Below, piece after piece: positions 4,532-6,322 of a stretch of 6,322 nucleotides of DNA. Location: IMG/VR virus record IMGVR_UViG_3300045988_004451, positions 1-6,322 of that record. One strand, given 5' to 3'. The notes beneath the pieces were generated by a model. It was not told the DNA's origin. It saw only the letters and a program-made list of their open reading frames with translations, and made no database searches. Both the position numbers and the translations under genes were made by a program. This DNA is from a virus. Every line of letters begins with the position of its first letter. The first letter of the stretch is position 1.

Positions 4532-6219
4532 TTACCAAGGAATTACAGAATAAGTTAGTAACTCGTTGCCAGAACCCTCGTACGGTTGTCAACAAATATA
4601 CGCATGAGCCTGTTGTTGTTCCCTGTGGCTCTTGCCCTTCTTGTATTCTTCGTCGTTCCGGTATTCAGACTAACCTGCTTACTTCTTATTCTACTCAGTT
4701 TCGTTATGTATACTTTGTTACTCTTACTTATGCTCCTTGCTTTCTTCCTACTTTGGAAGTTTCGGTTGTTGAAGCTTGTACGGATGATATTGCGGATGTT
4801 TCCGTTATTCCCGATATCAATGACTTGGATGTTAGTGACCCTAATACTTATTTGTTTGGTTTTCGCAGCGTTCCTCGTTCCGCTTCTGTTAAGTTAAAGA
4901 ATTCTACTGTCGAGCGTACATTTAGAGACCCTGATGTAGTATTTTCCTATCCTATGACTCCCAAGGATTTATTATCTATTCTTAGCAAAGTTAAGCATAA
5001 TGTTCCGAATAGAATTCCTTATGTTTGTAATCGTGACCTTGACTTGTTTTTAAAACGTTTAAGAAGTTACTACCCCGATGAAAAATTACGTTACTACGCT
5101 GTATCAGAGTATGGACCCACGAGTTACCGCCCGCATTGGCATTTGTTATTGTTTTCCAATTCCGAGCGATTCTCGCAAACTGTTCTTGAAAATGTATCTA
5201 AAGCTTGGTCTTACGGACGTTGTGATGCGTCACTGTCGCGAGGATTCGCAGCACCGTATGTTGCGTCGTATGTTAATAGCTTTGTCTCTTTACCCGACTT
5301 TTATGTTCAAATGCCAAAAGTGGTGCGACCTAAATCCTTCCATTCCATTGGATTTACGGAATCAAATCTCTTTCCTCGAAAGGTACGAATTGCCGAAATT
5401 GATGAAGTTGTCGATAAGTGCCTTAATGGAGTCCGCGTTGAGCGCGATGGCTATTTTCGGACAGTTAAACCTTCATGGTCGTATCTCCTTCGATTATTCC
5501 CCAGATTTTCGGACTCTATTCGTCAATCTCCATCGAACGTTTACCAGCTACTTTCTGCTGCGTTCACAGCGCCCGAACGAGTCATTCGTAGCGGATGCGC
5601 TGATTTGACTTGTGACCCTTTTAATGAATCTTCCAAGCAAAGCATATTATCTTTTTGTAAACAATATTTAAATTATGTAGACAATTATGGAAAAAGAAAT
5701 GACAAACGAAATGTTTTCTCACCTAAAGCGAATTTACCGCATAGTGATATTCTCATTTTGTCTGAATGTCGTTTGTATGATGGTGCTGATTTGGAACCTG
5801 TTCATCGCACAACCCGATTATACCGCTTTTTTCTCGGAATTGCGAAATTTATACGAACATATTCATCAAACGGAGAATTCTTATGGGCCGGTAGCTCCTT
5901 TCCAGGATATGCCGGCAGCCGAGAGAGAGCTTTACGAGTCCTCTCGGAAAAGATAATCGGATTCTGGCGTCGTTACGATTATAATCGTCTTGTTGATTTT
6001 TATCAGACTTTGGAAGACTCTAATGATAAGGATTTGCTTGACTTTGAGCTTCGTAACTATTCTTTTCGATACGATAAGTCTGTCCTTGATAATGAAGTGC
6101 CTTATAAATCTCTCCCTCTTGTTCGTCGTTTGGCTGCTGCGTCATTGATGAAATGTCGAGATAAGGTCAAACACAAGAGGGTTAACGATTCATTTGGTAT
6201 TTTTTCTTATCAGGATTGA
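4528..6219 (+). CDS. VP4: VP4 replication initiation protein, an HUH rolling-circle endonuclease (phiX174 A-like).
   Basis: RCR motif 1 is FVTLTY (4714-4731). Motif 2 (HUH) is PHWHLLLF, with HWH at 5134-5142. Motif 3 has two tyrosines, YVASYVNS (Tyr codons 5257-5259 and 5269-5271), comparable to phiX174 A YVAKYVNK. There is an N-terminal Cys cluster, C-x18-C-x2-C-x2-C. The 563-aa length is typical of Alpavirinae-like VP4. Confidence 0.92.
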   Translation: MITKELQNKLVTRCQNPRTVVNKYTHEPVVVPCGSCPSCILRRSGIQTNLLTSYSTQFRYVYFVTLTYAPCFLPTLEVSVVEACTDDIADVSVIPDINDLDVSDPNTYLFGFRSVPRSASVKLKNSTVERTFRDPDVVFSYPMTPKDLLSILSKVKHNVPNRIPYVCNRDLDLFLKRLRSYYPDEKLRYYAVSEYGPTSYRPHWHLLLFSNSERFSQTVLENVSKAWSYGRCDASLSRGFAAPYVASYVNSFVSLPDFYVQMPKVVRPKSFHSIGFTESNLFPRKVRIAEIDEVVDKCLNGVRVERDGYFRTVKPSWSYLLRLFPRFSDSIRQSPSNVYQLLSAAFTAPERVIRSGCADLTCDPFNESSKQSILSFCKQYLNYVDNYGKRNDKRNVFSPKANLPHSDILILSECRLYDGADLEPVHRTTRLYRFFLGIAKFIRTYSSNGEFLWAGSSFPGYAGSRERALRVLSEKIIGFWRRYDYNRLVDFYQTLEDSNDKDLLDFELRNYSFRYDKSVLDNEVPYKSLPLVRRLAAASLMKCRDKVKHKRVNDSFGIFSYQD

Positions 6220-6245
6220 TTATGTTTCATTTTTAATTTTTTTTT

Positions 6246-6322
6246 ATGGCTTCTTACACTGGAATGTCCAATCTCCAGAACCACCCTCACCGTTCTGGAT
6301 TTGATATTGGACGTAAAAATGC
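6246..6322. repeat. Terminal redundancy, right copy. It re-reads the first 77 nt of the VP1 gene.
   Basis: Exact 77-nt match to 1..77, and the window ends inside the repeat. This is typical wrap-around from assembling a circular genome. Confidence 0.97.

Noticed and set aside
56-4897. Many 60-105-aa Leu/Phe/Ile-rich + strand ORFs overlap the real genes: 56..274, 934..1185, 1522..1716, 2175..2438, 2630..2887, 3167..3412, 3959..4129 and 4586..4897.
   Set aside because: They all lie in the frame that puts the genome's T-rich third codon position in the middle of the codon. That frame automatically encodes hydrophobic residues and avoids stop codons, which need T in position 1. They are shadow ORFs of the VP1, VP2, VP4 and small-ORF frames.
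1-6322. CRISPR arrays, IS/transposon ends, integrase or other mobile-element genes.
   Set aside because: No spaced direct repeats, terminal inverted repeats or recombinase-like ORFs were seen. The only long repeat is the 77-nt assembly wrap-around.

Overview
This window is one complete, circularly permuted Microviridae (ssDNA phage) genome. Bases 1..77 are repeated exactly at 6246..6322, so the unit length is 6245 nt and the repeat is assembly wrap-around. All genes are on the + strand, which is T-rich with strong T-ending codon bias. Gene order is VP1 major capsid (1..1868, broken by a frame change at about 363..378), a 160-aa acidic protein that may be a scaffold (1883..2365), and VP2 pilot or minor capsid protein (2365..3501). 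An intrinsic terminator follows (3522..3552), then a 462-nt ORF-free, hairpin-dense region. After that come two small ORFs (3964..4140 and 4130..4219), an M15/LAS-type zinc cell-wall peptidase (4223..4531) and a 563-aa HUH rolling-circle replication initiator VP4 (4528..6219). Genome size, the long VP4, the VP1 N-terminal sequence and the absence of Shine-Dalgarno sequences suggest an Alpavirinae-like microvirus of a Bacteroidota host; this is inference from memory, not a search. Four things deserve a second look. (1) A holin/endolysin-like pair, a 29-aa membrane peptide plus the M15 peptidase, sits in a family classically described as lysing without a muralytic enzyme. (2) Four C-GAA-G mini-hairpins, including the very stable d(GCGAAGC) motif, and larger hairpins cluster in the noncoding region and may form a complementary-strand origin. 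(3) The capsid gene has a frame break at a T-run next to a TGA. (4) A 176-codon alternative-frame ORF lies inside the rep gene, in a compositionally distinct segment.
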